DNA of 64,000 nt, from the NCBI RefSeq assembly GCF_018350175.1, contig NC_058373.1:112718001-112782000 (forward strand). Direction: 5' to 3'. Position 1 is the stretch's first letter. Every line of letters begins with the position of its first letter. Under the pieces are notes generated by a model. The model was not told the origin of the DNA and ran no database searches. It saw nothing but the letters and a program-made list of their open reading frames with translations. Of the stretch, positions 13,796-27,048 are shown piece by piece. This stretch comes from Felis catus. Taxonomy: Eukaryota. A program made the translations under genes and the position numbers.

Positions 13796-14015
13796 GGGGC
13801 GCCTGGGTGGCTTGGTCGGTTAAGCGTCCGACTTTGGCCCAGGTCATGATCTCATCGTCCGTGAGTTCGAGCCCCACGTCGGGCTCTGTGCTGACAGCTC
13901 AGAGCCTGCAGCCTGTTTCAGATTCTGTGTCTCCCTCTCTCTCTGCCCCTCCCCTGTTCATGCTCTGTCTCTCTCTGTCTCAAAAATAAATAAACGTTAA
14001 AAAAAATTTTTTTAA
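13796..14015 (+). mobile_element. Young Can-SINE (SINEC_Fc-like)
   Basis: CpG-rich consensus-like body; TSD taaaatatttatcaca. Confidence 0.95.
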
Positions 14016-14594
14016 TAAAATATTTATCACAATTCAGTACTCAAATGTATTAGGTAGAGCAGTTTTTCTTCTCAGAATTCCCATTGCCTTCACCCTAGTT
14101 ATGGGAATATTCTTTATAAATCACATAAAATGTTAGGCCCTAACATGGTAGCAATACCATCAGTAATGAGGATGTTGGTATGGAAACTAAATAAAAGAGC
14201 TTCTATGGAAATTGTATTATGTCCTTTGTGAGAAACAGATGATACATAAGAACAGCAGTACCTTCCCAGTCATAAAGTCTGGCTGCTGCTTCCTTGTTTT
14301 CACATAGTAAGTGATACTTGCTGATTGAATATTAGTTAATTATTTATCCTTTTATCACATATACATCCCCTCTTATGCACAAAACTTGAAAGTGGTCAAG
14401 TTCTCATTTTGAGATTAGAAAACCTAAACCCATTAGTACTAGCCCAGAACAAAATTATGCATGCTGCAAAATAATAAGTTTATAATCAACATAATTAGTA
14501 ATTTTTAAAATAAATAATTCATGTTGTTTATATATTTTTAGAATAGTGACACTCAGTTACATCAGTATCACGTTGATAGGTGTAATATCAATAA

Positions 14595-14740
14595 TAATAA
14601 ACATTAAGTATTTACTACTTACAAGTGCTAGATAATTTATATACAGTATCTTATTTAACCCTCAGTAGTAATCCAGTGAGGTAGATGCTATCATTAGCTT
14701 CATTTTTTTTAGATAAAGGAAATGGTGATTTAAAAATTAT
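14595..14740 (-). mobile_element. MIR fragment
   Basis: atcttatttaaccctcag..gtgaggtagatgctatcattagcttcatttt..agataaaggaaa MIR core. Appears to resume near 15225 after the LTR. Confidence 0.6.
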
Positions 14741-14744
14741 AGCC

Positions 14745-15222
14745 GTCAGTGTCCCAGCAGAAGTCATAGCATAGTTAAAAGGATAATTGAGAAGAGTTTA
14801 ATGAAGGGACAATAGTGCCTACAAAAGTTTGGGCAGGTTATAGGGAAAGCAACAAGACACAATGCAGTGTCCCAGTGTTCCCTGGGACTAGTAATACTGG
14901 GAACCATTAATACTCTAGTCCTAATGGGGCAAAGACAGGGAACTCCTACTGGAATCCAGAAAAGAGCTGTAAGCAAGGGTCATCTGACAGGGGCTGTGAC
15001 TTAGCCAGCCTGCGGTGACCAGGTAGAAAGGAGCCAGGGGAATAAAGACCAGATCTTAATCTCCTCTAATGCTTTAGTTTCCTGGCAGTGCCTCCCACTG
15101 GCTGAATGCAACTAGAAACTAGACAGTACAGACTGGCTTGTTGATTTTATCTATACAGGTCAGTTTAGAGCAGAGAGGATGAAGAAGGGTGGAGAATCTG
15201 AAAGGAAAATGGAAAATATCTA
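14745..15222 (-). mobile_element. Solo ERVL-type LTR (LTR33/LTR16-like)
   Basis: gtcagtgtcccagcag..ggataattgagaagagtttaatgaagggac is the reverse of the ERVL LTR polyA/U5 end. Locally higher GC. Confidence 0.6.
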
Positions 15223-15538
15223 GGAATTAAATAACTATTACGTGGCAGAGCCAGTATATGAATGCCAAACACTTTACTCCGTAACCATAATGCTAAACTG
15301 CTTCTCATAAAAAAGTTCCATGAAATATTATTTGGCCAGGGAAAATATTTTAAATCTGAAGGTTTCCGTCCTATCACAAATTGTTGGATAGAAACCTATA
15401 TCCAAACTCACGGACAGGCATTTATACCTAACAGTAAGTGACACCAAATATATGAGAGCTAGGCAGCAAATAATGCCACAGAAAAAAAGTTAGGTGTTGA
15501 TACTGATTTCAATGTTGTTGGTGTTTTCAGAATATTAA

Positions 15539-15811
<273 letters not shown>

Positions 15812-18800
15812 TAGTGGACTATAAGATAATTACCACTTACTGTTTTACAGATTGTGCATATTAGGCCAATAGTAAGATAATAGAAATTTCATGTAAAATG
15901 TCTACTCCTACATTCACAGCTACAGATATCACTTTCTGTAGCTCCTGTTTCTTTGCTCTAGACTTGTTATTTTTTAGCATACTCATCAGTATAGATGTGA
16001 AGTTACTTGTTTATGCAAAGGGTGAATGCATTTCTTTAAAAAGCAAAATTAACAAAATAATGTCACCAAAGGGTTTTTTTTTTTAACTTGTCCAAGCTAG
16101 GGTAGCTCCCTGCTCTAGTATCATGCCAAATTTTTTCAAACATATTCAACTTGGAATGTTGCTGCCTAATATTTGGAAACAAATCTAAATTGATTAGAAA
16201 GAAAGTTTTAATGCCAACCTTTGGGGGAGGGAGGAAGTTTTTTAGTATTTATTTTTTTACAATTTTTCCCAAGTACTGAATCATGTGTTGGAGGAAAAAA
16301 GGATTAGACATTTATTTGCTGCCTCACATCTCCATGTATATGATAAATTAAGTAGCAGACGTAATTATGGCTATTACTGCTTTCTTCCGGAATGTCCCTT
16401 TCCTGGTTAAGTTAGTCATTTGTGCTTTCAGGATTTCAATATGATGGATCCAATATTGGCATCAAAAGATTAACAGTAACATTCCTTCTTAATTGATAAG
16501 ATATGGTGTTCAATATCAAATTTTCACTAAATTTATTCAAGAGATATGCAGGTAATTTTTCAAACTATGGCTTTCTCTGTCATCAGATTTACCACTTATA
16601 TAGCTGTCTTCCTCAATTCCAACTTTTTCCTGAGTTTTAAGAATGTTGCAACTGGACTTAACTAGAAGTGATCTCAAGCCATTCTTCATATGTGTAGTAC
16701 GGTTGCTTTTACATTCCATGGTACAACCTTCTCAGCAAAGTCCTCACAGTGTTATTACTGTTGTATATCATTGTTTTTAGACTTGTGTCAAATACAACCA
16801 ATATTAATTTATAGTTTAAAAAAATTATGGTTCTAAATCTTTAATGAAGACAAAATGTAAGAACATTCTAGACATAAAATGTATGTTAATGCCATTCAGG
16901 TGCCCGTCAGCTTACATCTTCCACTGAATGAAAACATGGAGTTCTAAGACTTGAATTGCAAAGAAGCAACTCATTCATGACTTTCAAAATTTTTTAACAA
17001 AATAATTTATTGTTTGCATTAAATGTCAATTATATAAGCTATACTCATTTATGAAGTCTAGAAAATAATGCTAAAACTTAAGTCCACTATAAATGTTTAG
17101 TCAAATATTAAGACCTAAATGTTGGGAATGCAGAACTGTTCAAGATGCAGTATTCTTTTCCTTAATAATATACTATGAACATTTATAAATATTTTAAGCT
17201 AAATTCAGTTATACATAGTAGTTCTTGAGCCTTTTTAAAGCTTTATAATTATATCCTAATTACAAAGAGAACATTAAATACAATTTTAAAATAATTTGGC
17301 ATTCCAAATTTACTAAAGTGAAATCCTAAAAATAAAAAAGTCAAATTAATCTATTGAAAGTCTCAAATTATAAGACTGTTTAATTAAAATCTAAACTAAA
17401 TATTCTTATATTTGCTTTTATATCAGTGACATATAGTCACTGCACCCATGGTGTTTACAGTTTAATTAATGTATATTAAAATAAATATTAGGATAAATGT
17501 AAATTATTCTGATAATCATAATTTTATTGTAACTTAATAATTATAGATTGAAATTCTTGCTAAGCAGAAATGAAAAGTTACATTGATAGAAAATAATAGG
17601 AGGGAAACCTTACATAGGATTATCAGAGAAGACGTCTCTAAGGGGAACATTTCACCAGGGACAAAAAGGATATATAAAAACAAAACAAAATTCAGCAATA
17701 ATGACCATTTTAAAGGTGGCTGTCACCAGCCAATTATCACCAATCAGGAACTCTCAGACTAAAACATCCTTAGTACATGAAAGTCTTAATTCAGTGACTT
17801 CAAAATCCAACTTCAGCTATTAGTTCTATGTATTTTAAATAATGACTTTTTGTCTTTGCCTACTGAGTCAAATTACAAGGCCATAGGTTTTAACACATAA
17901 ATCTAGGTGAATTGTTTATTTTAGCATAGAATATTTAGGGCAGAAAAGTCAGAAAGCCAGGCTTCTCATTTGAGATGTGGGTAAATGATGTTATTAACTA
18001 TATTAAGGAATAATAAGAGAGGAAACACATTTTGAAGGTAAAAGGAATTAATACATTTGGTTTTGAACGTCTTCAATCTGAGATATATATGAGACATCCC
18101 ATGAATGACAGCCAGCATAAAATTAGAACACTAGTGAGTTTGACATTGTTACTGTTACTGCATCTTGGTGCTGATATTTATAATTTAGTACCTAATAGTG
18201 TTCACTAAACCTCATAGAAATCCCTCTTCTATGTTTCAGGTTAGACATGCAGTCTGTCATGTGCAGAAATATATGTGCAAATACATTTTCTTTACATGAG
18301 AAATATAGTACAGTCTTGAATGATCAGCAGTAGAAAAAACACTTGATAGTAGAAGATATAGATTCAAATGCTGGCTTCTCTGCTTAATAATCACACTACC
18401 TTAAGCAAGTTGCTCAGCTTTTCTGAGCTTTGGATCTGTGATTAAATGTAATCTTTGCCTCCCCAACAGGGTTTATTAATTTATTAAATGAGTCTTTTCC
18501 TGGTTCTGGGGAAGCAGTGGTGAGCAACTAGATATTGTTCTTACCATTACAAACAGACAAACAGGCAATTACAAATTATAATAAAGCATAAGTGGTATGA
18601 TTTATCACCAGAGGACAGAATACTTTGGGAATAACCATCAGAAGCACTTAACCTAGTCTTTGTAAAAATGTAAAACAGCTAAATAAACAAATTATGATTA
18701 AAAGCTAGTAGTTCCAACCTTTCTGTCTGTAGCTTTTTATCAGCTGGTCAGTATTTAAGCTAAAGGACTTATGTGTGCATCTGTTTTCTTTTAGATCAAC

Positions 18801-20575
18801 AACTATAATATCAAACATTATTTTAGGTTCATATTTTATATGTTTACTACAATATAATACAATATCATATCATAGATTATCCTTTCATTTTTTTTAATTA
18901 TCAGCTGTATTGAGGACAGGATCTATAAAATATACCAGACAAGATCTATACCATTTGGATTTACCTTTTGGTATATACCAAAAGGTATACCATATACCAT
19001 TTGGATTTCCTTTTTAGTACAAAATCTAGTAAAGATAACCATGTATTATCTTTTCTAAACAATTCTTTATTAAATGGCTTTGTCTCCAACAAATATTTAT
19101 TTGCTGAAATGAGATCATATTTTATTGTATGTGGGGAAAAATTATTTCTCTTTTATATCAGTTATTTTGTTTTAATTAAATCTGTCTGAAATGACAAATG
19201 ATTTTTACTCCACTTGCTTTATGACACTGTGAAGTATCTTATAAGAACAAACGAGATTTTAATCTTTCATTGCCCTAAGTACAACAGTGGCTTAGCCAAA
19301 AATGTCAAATAGTATGTAGATTCTATTTCAGTAGTAGTGGGCAATATTTAGAAGACTTAAATTCTGACATGGTGGTTGTCTCCCAAAAAATGGTTTGCTA
19401 AAAGAAAAATTCTATAACAGAAAAATTCTCTTGTAAAGTAAACATGACTCACAATTTATATGAATACTGATTTTTCCATTATAAAAGTTAGTAACATCTC
19501 TGTTTGAAATCAAGAAGCATGAAGTAAAGAATAATGACCAGAGCAAAAAAGGGGGGAAAAAATCCAAACTTTCAATCAGTTCACCATCCCAGTAGATGTT
19601 GTTAAAATAGGGAATAATTTTTAAAGACCAATTTAAGTATCTTTCTGTTGCCTAAGCATCTGAAGTTTGACTTTAAAAAATAAGTGTAGTCTATTGTTAC
19701 ATATCCCCTGTACCTTAGAGATTAGAATAGAATTTTGTGCCCAGACTAACAAACAAGTTTATTTTTTCCTCTCAGGAAGAAAATATAAATACTGTCTATC
19801 TAAAACTAAAGTTTATGAAATGACTAAAAAGTATATGTATTGAAATAACCTTAATATTAAGGGTGTGTTCATTTAATACACTAATGCCTAATCTTCTATT
19901 CAAACAAAATGCAGAATTATGATTTCACTATAGGTTTCTATTATTTTCCTTTGAGAAAATGAATTTAGATTCTTCTGGATACAGAATAAATGATTTTCTT
20001 CATTCACAGTTTCAATATGTATGTCTGAAAGGCAGTGTGATTTCCTTTACATATAAAAATGACATTATTGATCTAGTATCAGGTCTAGTATCTATATTCC
20101 CTCTGAGATTTTTTCTTAGTCATATTAGTTTGTACAAATGATTCCACATTGTCACTATTTTCCTTTGTGAACACCTGCGTGATTATGTGATATGGTTAGT
20201 TCATTGGTTCAAAACCTGAGGCTCCCAAGTCTGGAGAATCTTGTGAAGTTGTGAAAATTCTAGCCAAGATAAAAACACTAAGTGGAATCCACAGATTATT
20301 TTCTACTATTTTGAAGAGCTAAACAAAATCAGTAAGACTACTTTAAATACTAAATTTCTTTGCTTTTGTCTGAAATTACATCAACATTGGTATATCAACA
20401 TCTGTTCAATTGTTAATGACAAATAGAAATTTATGGGTTCTATATGTAGAGTCAACAAGTGCCAAAGTGTTTGGAAAGCAAAGAATTAGTGACATCAGAT
20501 GTTTTCTTTTGTACAAAGTTAATTGCCCTATCTGGGGAATACTAAGCAAATCATTGTCTCAACATTATGGTCAAA

Positions 20576-21976
20576 TCTGGCAATTCTCAAATTTAATGGT
20601 CTCAGGAACTCTTTATGTACTTATAAATTTTTAAGACCCCAAAATAGCTTATGTGGGTTATATCTAGCAATATTTACTGTTCTAGAAATTAAAACTGAGA
20701 AATTTTTAAATGTTTATTTATTTGCTTCAAAATAATAATAAAGCCTTTATATGTTAACATAAACAACATTGTTAAGAAAAAATATTTTCCAAAACAAAAA
20801 ATATTGAAAAACATGGCATTGTTTTACATTTTTCAAATATATTTTGATGTCTGGTTTAAGAGAAGACAACTGAATTCTCATACCTGCTTCTGTACTTCAG
20901 TCTGTTGTGATATGTTTTGGTTGAAATATGAAGAAACAAATTCAACTTCACACATTTATGTAGTCAGAAAAAAAAAGCGAGCATTTTCACATAATTGTAG
21001 ATCTTCTTTTGGTGGACACTACACCAACAATTTACAATTGATACTTTATTAAAATTAGTTGAAGTCTGAAATCTAAAACCCTGTTGAGGACTCTGCCATA
21101 CTCTGCTATATTAAAATCAGTTGGACCATCTTGAACTTTGAATGAATCTTATACTTGGACATGGTTTTGGAATGTATTTATTGGTCACTTAGAAAATGTA
21201 AGTTCTTCCAAATGTTGACATATTTCATTATATTATACCAAAAAATTATCTTCATTGATATAATCGCCAGACTTCTCAAAAAAAATTTTGGAAGCGTTGG
21301 AAGCTCTCAAGCTCATGGTGATATATGTTTTCCACAATTCTAATTTTATTTAAAAGCTAGAATGTTATCCTTGGCAAAAAGCAACAAATCCTGTCTTGTT
21401 TTCCTTGAATTGACAGGCTCATTTCATTCAGTTTTGAGAAAATGTCTACCAAACATCTAAGTCTGGATAATCATAGTCTGTCTGTCATTCTTTCATTCCT
21501 TCAAGTAAAAACAGTGTTCTATGCAAAACCTGGCTAGTTCAGCTTGCACCTCAATTGCAGAAGTGCTTTTTCTTGAGACAATGTTCATCCTTTGGTATGC
21601 AGTGGAAGTATTTTATGCATATTTTCCATTTTGTCATACTCAAGGGACAAGTTTTAAATTAGTATTTACTGTTTTATTGAGGACAATATTAAATGAAACT
21701 AGCTCTTCTGTTTTGAAACTGTTAGTTTGGGTTTTTTTTTTTTTTTTTTTTTTAACTATTAGTACATGGTAGTGAATAATACGATGACTATTCATACTGT
21801 TTGGATCCACTGCCTTGATTTGCACTAAAGTGCCAACCTACCATTGCTTTTGTACCATCAGTACAAATGTCGATATAGTGAAAAAGGAAATTAATGTTAA
21901 AATAATTTGACCTTTTAGACCCTGAAAGGGTCTCAAGGACCTTTGTGGGTCCATGGACTGTATTTAAAAGGACTAG
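20576..21976 (-). mobile_element. hAT DNA transposon fossil, Charlie1a-like (about 1.4 kb)
   Basis: Ends ttctcaaatttaatggtctcagga... and ...ccctgaaagggtctcaaggacc..gtccatggactgtattt; internal gatgtctggtttaagagaagacaactgaattctcatacctgcttctg. Confidence 0.8.
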
Positions 21977-23485
21977 TAGAGTAAAATAAGTAACCTGCCT
22001 TACGTTTCTTGAAAATATCCTAGGTCAAAATTATGTATGCTGAATCTCATTTTCCATGAAGACAGTGTTACGGTGATATTCTCAGTCCAGAGATTATATC
22101 CTTTATGTAAATGCCCACCAGTACCATGCTTAAGTATTATAAATGATTCACCCTGATTCTATGATCCAGATTAATTCTAGGGCAGGGAACAGAGTTCCTC
22201 CTACCTAACTGAAAACGAGAGAAGACTTTAAGAGTCTTTTGAAGACACATAACCCAGTTGTAATTTCCAGCTAATTCTGTTCATTTCCAATGTGATACTA
22301 TTTCTGTATTTGGTAGCAACTGATTTATCCCTGGGATATCCTGTCCTAATAAATACATAGAGAGCCCTCTTTCAAGTCATAGCATAGCTATTGGAAGATA
22401 ATTTTATTAGGGATATAATTGAGGATGGCCCATTTTTTTTAATTAGCTTGGAACATTTAAACTTGATGAGATTTCTAAATAAAAATACAAATTTTCAGCT
22501 CTTCCTTAAAAAATCAGATCAACATTACTGGACTAATACTGACATACATAAATACTAGCTTGGTATTCTTTATACCCACCAAGCTGTTTTATTTATTTGC
22601 ATTAAATCCCTGGCTTCTATAGACATAACTAATTTCCACTCTCATTCATTATTGCCTACTTTGTCCTTTATAACAACATGTGTATTTTGCTCTTTATTCT
22701 GATTTGATAGCAAAACAGATTTTTGAGACTCCAAATAAAGGATGGTTCTCTTATATTCTTTTCTAATGAGAAAGGTACTACCCAATATGGTAAAGTATTT
22801 CATATTTTGATAAAACTGAAATTGGATGATAACAGTATATTTTAGCTATAAATTTTGAATTTATAAATTATTTTTAATAGTTATTCTATGACATTCTGCT
22901 AAGTATCCAGGATTAGATGTTGATTTCTATTTCTTCATTCATCTGATTGTCTCCTCTGCCTTTATATATAATAGAAATTTAAAGTGGAATTCATCCCATC
23001 CTTGCCTAATTATTGAATGTTCACAAAATATGTTCATCACTGAAGTTCAGTATAACTTAACTGTGAAATGTGTAATTGCCATCCTGAAATCTGAACTTGC
23101 AAATGAATTTTGATTAGTTAGCCTGAAAAGATACAACTAACCAGAAATTATTAGCTACAGAGTTAACAGTTTTATAGCTCAGGTAGTCCAAAGTGGCATT
23201 TTTTTTTATTTAAAAAAAGTAATATGTATATGCTCATTTTACAGGGGAAAAAAAGAATTCCTGTATAAATACCCTTAGTAAATAGCAACTTCTAATTTTG
23301 CTATATATTCTGTTCTTTTTTTCTATAAATTCAAATATTTTATATAAATGGAGAATAATGGGAAGGCCGTGATTAAGAGCTCAGGTTCTGGGGTCTGAGA
23401 GGCCTGGTGAGGAATGTCAGCTTTATTACTTACTAGATGTGTGACTTTCAGAAAGTTTCTTTACCTCTATACCCTTAGCTGTTAT

Positions 23486-23759
23486 TATTAAACTATATAA
23501 TATTTTAACCTATCCCATTCATTTAGTAATATGAACATCTTTCTATGTCATGAACTTCTTACTTTTTAAAAATTATCTTCTGCAATATTATTACTAAGTT
23601 GGTATTCTGTTTCACACTAAATGTTAGCTATTAAACTATATAATATTTTAACCTATCCCATTCATTTAGTAATATGAACATCTTTCTATGTCATGAACTT
23701 CTTTACATTTTTAAAAATTATCTTCTGCAATATTATTGCTTATTTGGTATTCTGTTTCA
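23486..23759. repeat. Direct duplication of a unit of about 130 bp
   Basis: 23486-23614 and 23629-23759 are nearly identical, with a 14-bp spacer. Confidence 0.95.
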
Positions 23760-25099
23760 GGGATGTAGCAGTTTTTTTGCCAACTACTATTTGGATATAT
23801 TAGGTGTTAACTATTTCCCAGTTTAAAAAAAAATAGTGTAATAATTTTCTACAAGTTAAATGTTTTAGTTTTCTCTTAGTTAAACATAGCAACTCGTATT
23901 AATTCTACCTTTAAAAGTATATGCAGAATTCATAAGTCTTGATTCCTATAATTTATATAGATACCCAAAAGAGATTACTTTTGCATATTCATAAATTCAG
24001 TTTAATGATATTATGGAAGAAGCAAGTTTAGCATTTGCATTTGACTGATTTCCTGGCAGACATTTAAAAATTATGGATCCAAAGCTGTTTGAAAAATTAA
24101 CAACATTGACTATGTAGAAGTATTGCATCTATGAGGCGCTATCAACCCTAGTCTGCCACATTATAACTTTTTGAGAACTTAGTAGACTTCAGTTTCTATT
24201 TCTGTAACATCCTGGTATTAAATTAAGTATTCTCTAAAATCACCTGTAGGCCTATAATCCCATTCCTCTGTACTAAGTTTCTGTACTAACTGAATAAATA
24301 TTATCACTCTATTTACCCTTCTCTTTGATAATATATTCATATCTAATTAATATAATTTACATTTATTTATTCCAGCTTTTGCATTCCATGCTACTATGTA
24401 AAGTTAGAGATTATCAACTGAAAATGTTCTAACCTCATTTCAGATCTTTCTTACTCAGATCAAGCTCATCTATTTTAAATGGAATATTGGTTTCTTTTGG
24501 TATCCACTAGAGTTCTATTCAAGTTATAGGAAGATAGGACAGTAAGATCTGTAGAAATACAAGAAATAGTGAAATTAAGAACACCAACCATTCAGTTTAA
24601 TTTAAAAGTTTTGATTTCTATAAATTGATTTTTAATGGTTTAGGGCATGTTTTGTGCAAAAAGCAGCTGAACAAAATTACTGACGTGTCTCACTTATGAC
24701 TTTAATACAGAGCATATCCCAAACTAAAATAGTCTCTAGATCTTTTTATTGTAAAAAGATATATATTCTAAAACTGGTCATGTGTTTTCTCACCCACAAC
24801 TTCAGGATTGTCTGCTCTCCCTACTCATTCGGTTTTTATTAACGACGGAACAATACATTAATTCAGAAAACTATTCAATGAATATTTTTAGTGGATATTA
24901 TGTCAAAATTATGCTAGGTGTTGGGAATATGGTATAAAGCAGTATAAAGACTTACTGACCCTGCCCTCAAGGACCTTATAGTGGAGCTGAAAATGAAAAA
25001 AAAAAAATTACAAGAAATCTATCAGATAAAGAGTTGATAGATAGTATTCCTATTGACACTAGTAGGAATATAAATTTGTGTAACCTTCAAGTGAACAAC

Positions 25100-25141
25100 T
25101 ATATATACATACATATATATATGTGTGTGTGTGTGTGTGTG

Positions 25142-25190
<49 letters not shown>

Positions 25191-25197
25191 ATATATA
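25100..25197. repeat. Compound (TA)/(TG)n-(CA)n microsatellite
   Basis: Directly visible. Confidence 0.95.
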
Positions 25198-26827
25198 GCC
25201 TTAAATTTTTTCTTACATTATAACCAATCATAGTTACCAGAAATTTATCCAGTGGAAATTATCAAAGAAGCCATCAAAGACTTATGTGCAAAATTATTTA
25301 TCATAACATTATTCATATTCATGAAAACTTAGAACCAACATTAATGTCTATGATTAAATAACTTATAGTACATACATATATCAGTTATTTATATAACCTA
25401 AAAAATCATATCTTTTAGAATATCTAATGACATAGGAAAATGCTCAAAAAAAAAACATATGGCTAGAAAAATTAGTCAACAGTACTGCTCAGGGACAGAA
25501 TTGCAAGTTATTTTATAACATATATATTGTTTTCAACCAGAAAAGTAAAAATGTTTGTTTGGTTATTTAAATAAAATCTGGTGATAAGAGAGTTGTCTTG
25601 CTTAGTTTCAGATTTATAAAAAATATTCATAAAACCAACTATTTATTTGTTTATACCAGAGCATTTTTATATCTAGGCTAAGCCATTCTATTCTTAATCT
25701 TGCTGGGTAGAAAATTGTATCATATTTCAGTGGAAGTTTGAAAATAAATTTTTTTCTGTTTCATATACAAATAATAAATAATTCTTAATAACAGGCACTG
25801 TACTATTTAAAAGTTATTTCGAAGTGCATAATAACTCTTTTATACCACACCATTGATGGCTTTATAATTTCTTTCAGAGAGATAAAAATTTTGGAAAAAA
25901 CATGAATTGCATTATGCTCTGGCAGGAAATAACTTGCTTAAAAATCTAATTTTGTATAGATTGTTTTAGAATCAAAGCTATTATAGAAACTTAAAGATCA
26001 GAATTTAAATCCATAATAAACTATAAATAAATCATTTCAAATGTTAATATACCATAAGAAATCAGATCCTTGAAAATAAAGGATTTCCTAAGGATAAAAA
26101 TTTTTTTAGGGAAGAGGTTGGTGGATCTGTGTCTTGCTAACAAGATTCTGATTTTTGATTTCTCATTTCTTCATTAACCTTTACAGCCTTTTATTGGTTT
26201 AATTTATAATCATATTGCTTTTCTCCAGAAATGCATTGAAGTATTTCTTTTTCCTTGACACATAATTATAACTTATCTTACTTACATTTCTTCCTTCCCT
26301 CTTTTTTACTTTACCACAGTAAATCACATATGAAACCAAATTGTTTTATGATGAAACAACAGAGCTGAAATGCAGTGAATTGAACTATTAACTAGATCCT
26401 AAAAAATATTTCTTTACAAGAGTGTGTTTAAATTTTGAGCTCTAAAGTAAAACATTTTTAAAAATTTCCAAATCATAACTACCAGAAACAATCTATAACT
26501 GTACCAATATATACTGAGTGGTATTGGTTAGAAGATAATTTCTAAGACAGAAGTTTTATTTCCTCTCAATGATACCCATACTTTAAAAAGTAGCAAAATA
26601 AAGTAGGGTTAGAAATATTTGTTTCTCGGGGTAGTTCTGAACGTAAATTAGGTAATTCTAAAAATACAGCACTTCAGTTCCTAGGACAAAAAAAAAAGGA
26701 AATATGTTTAATCCATGCAGTTTTAATTCAAGTCAATATAAAATATATCATGAGAAAAAGAGGGAAGAACTACATTAGGCATTCCATAAAAAGTCCATAA
26801 AAGTCTAAGTTTAATGAAAAGACCTGA

Positions 26828-27048
26828 GGGGCGCCTGGGTGGCTCAGTCGGTTAAGTGGCCGACTTCAGCTCAGGTCATGATCTCATGGTCCGTGGGTTT
26901 GAGCCCCGCGTCGGGCTCTGTGCTGACAGCTCAGAGCCTGGAGCCTGTTTCAGATTCTGTGTCTCCCTCTCTCTGACCCTCCCCCGTTCATGATCTGTCT
27001 CTCTCTGTCTCAAAAATCAATAAATGTTAAAAAAAAAAAAATTTTTTT
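26828..27048 (+). mobile_element. Young Can-SINE (SINEC_Fc-like)
   Basis: ggggcgcctgggtggctcagtcggttaag head; TSD aaagacctga. Confidence 0.95.

Noticed and set aside
13796..13880. tRNA-like A/B boxes
   Set aside because: tRNA-derived SINE heads, not tRNA genes.
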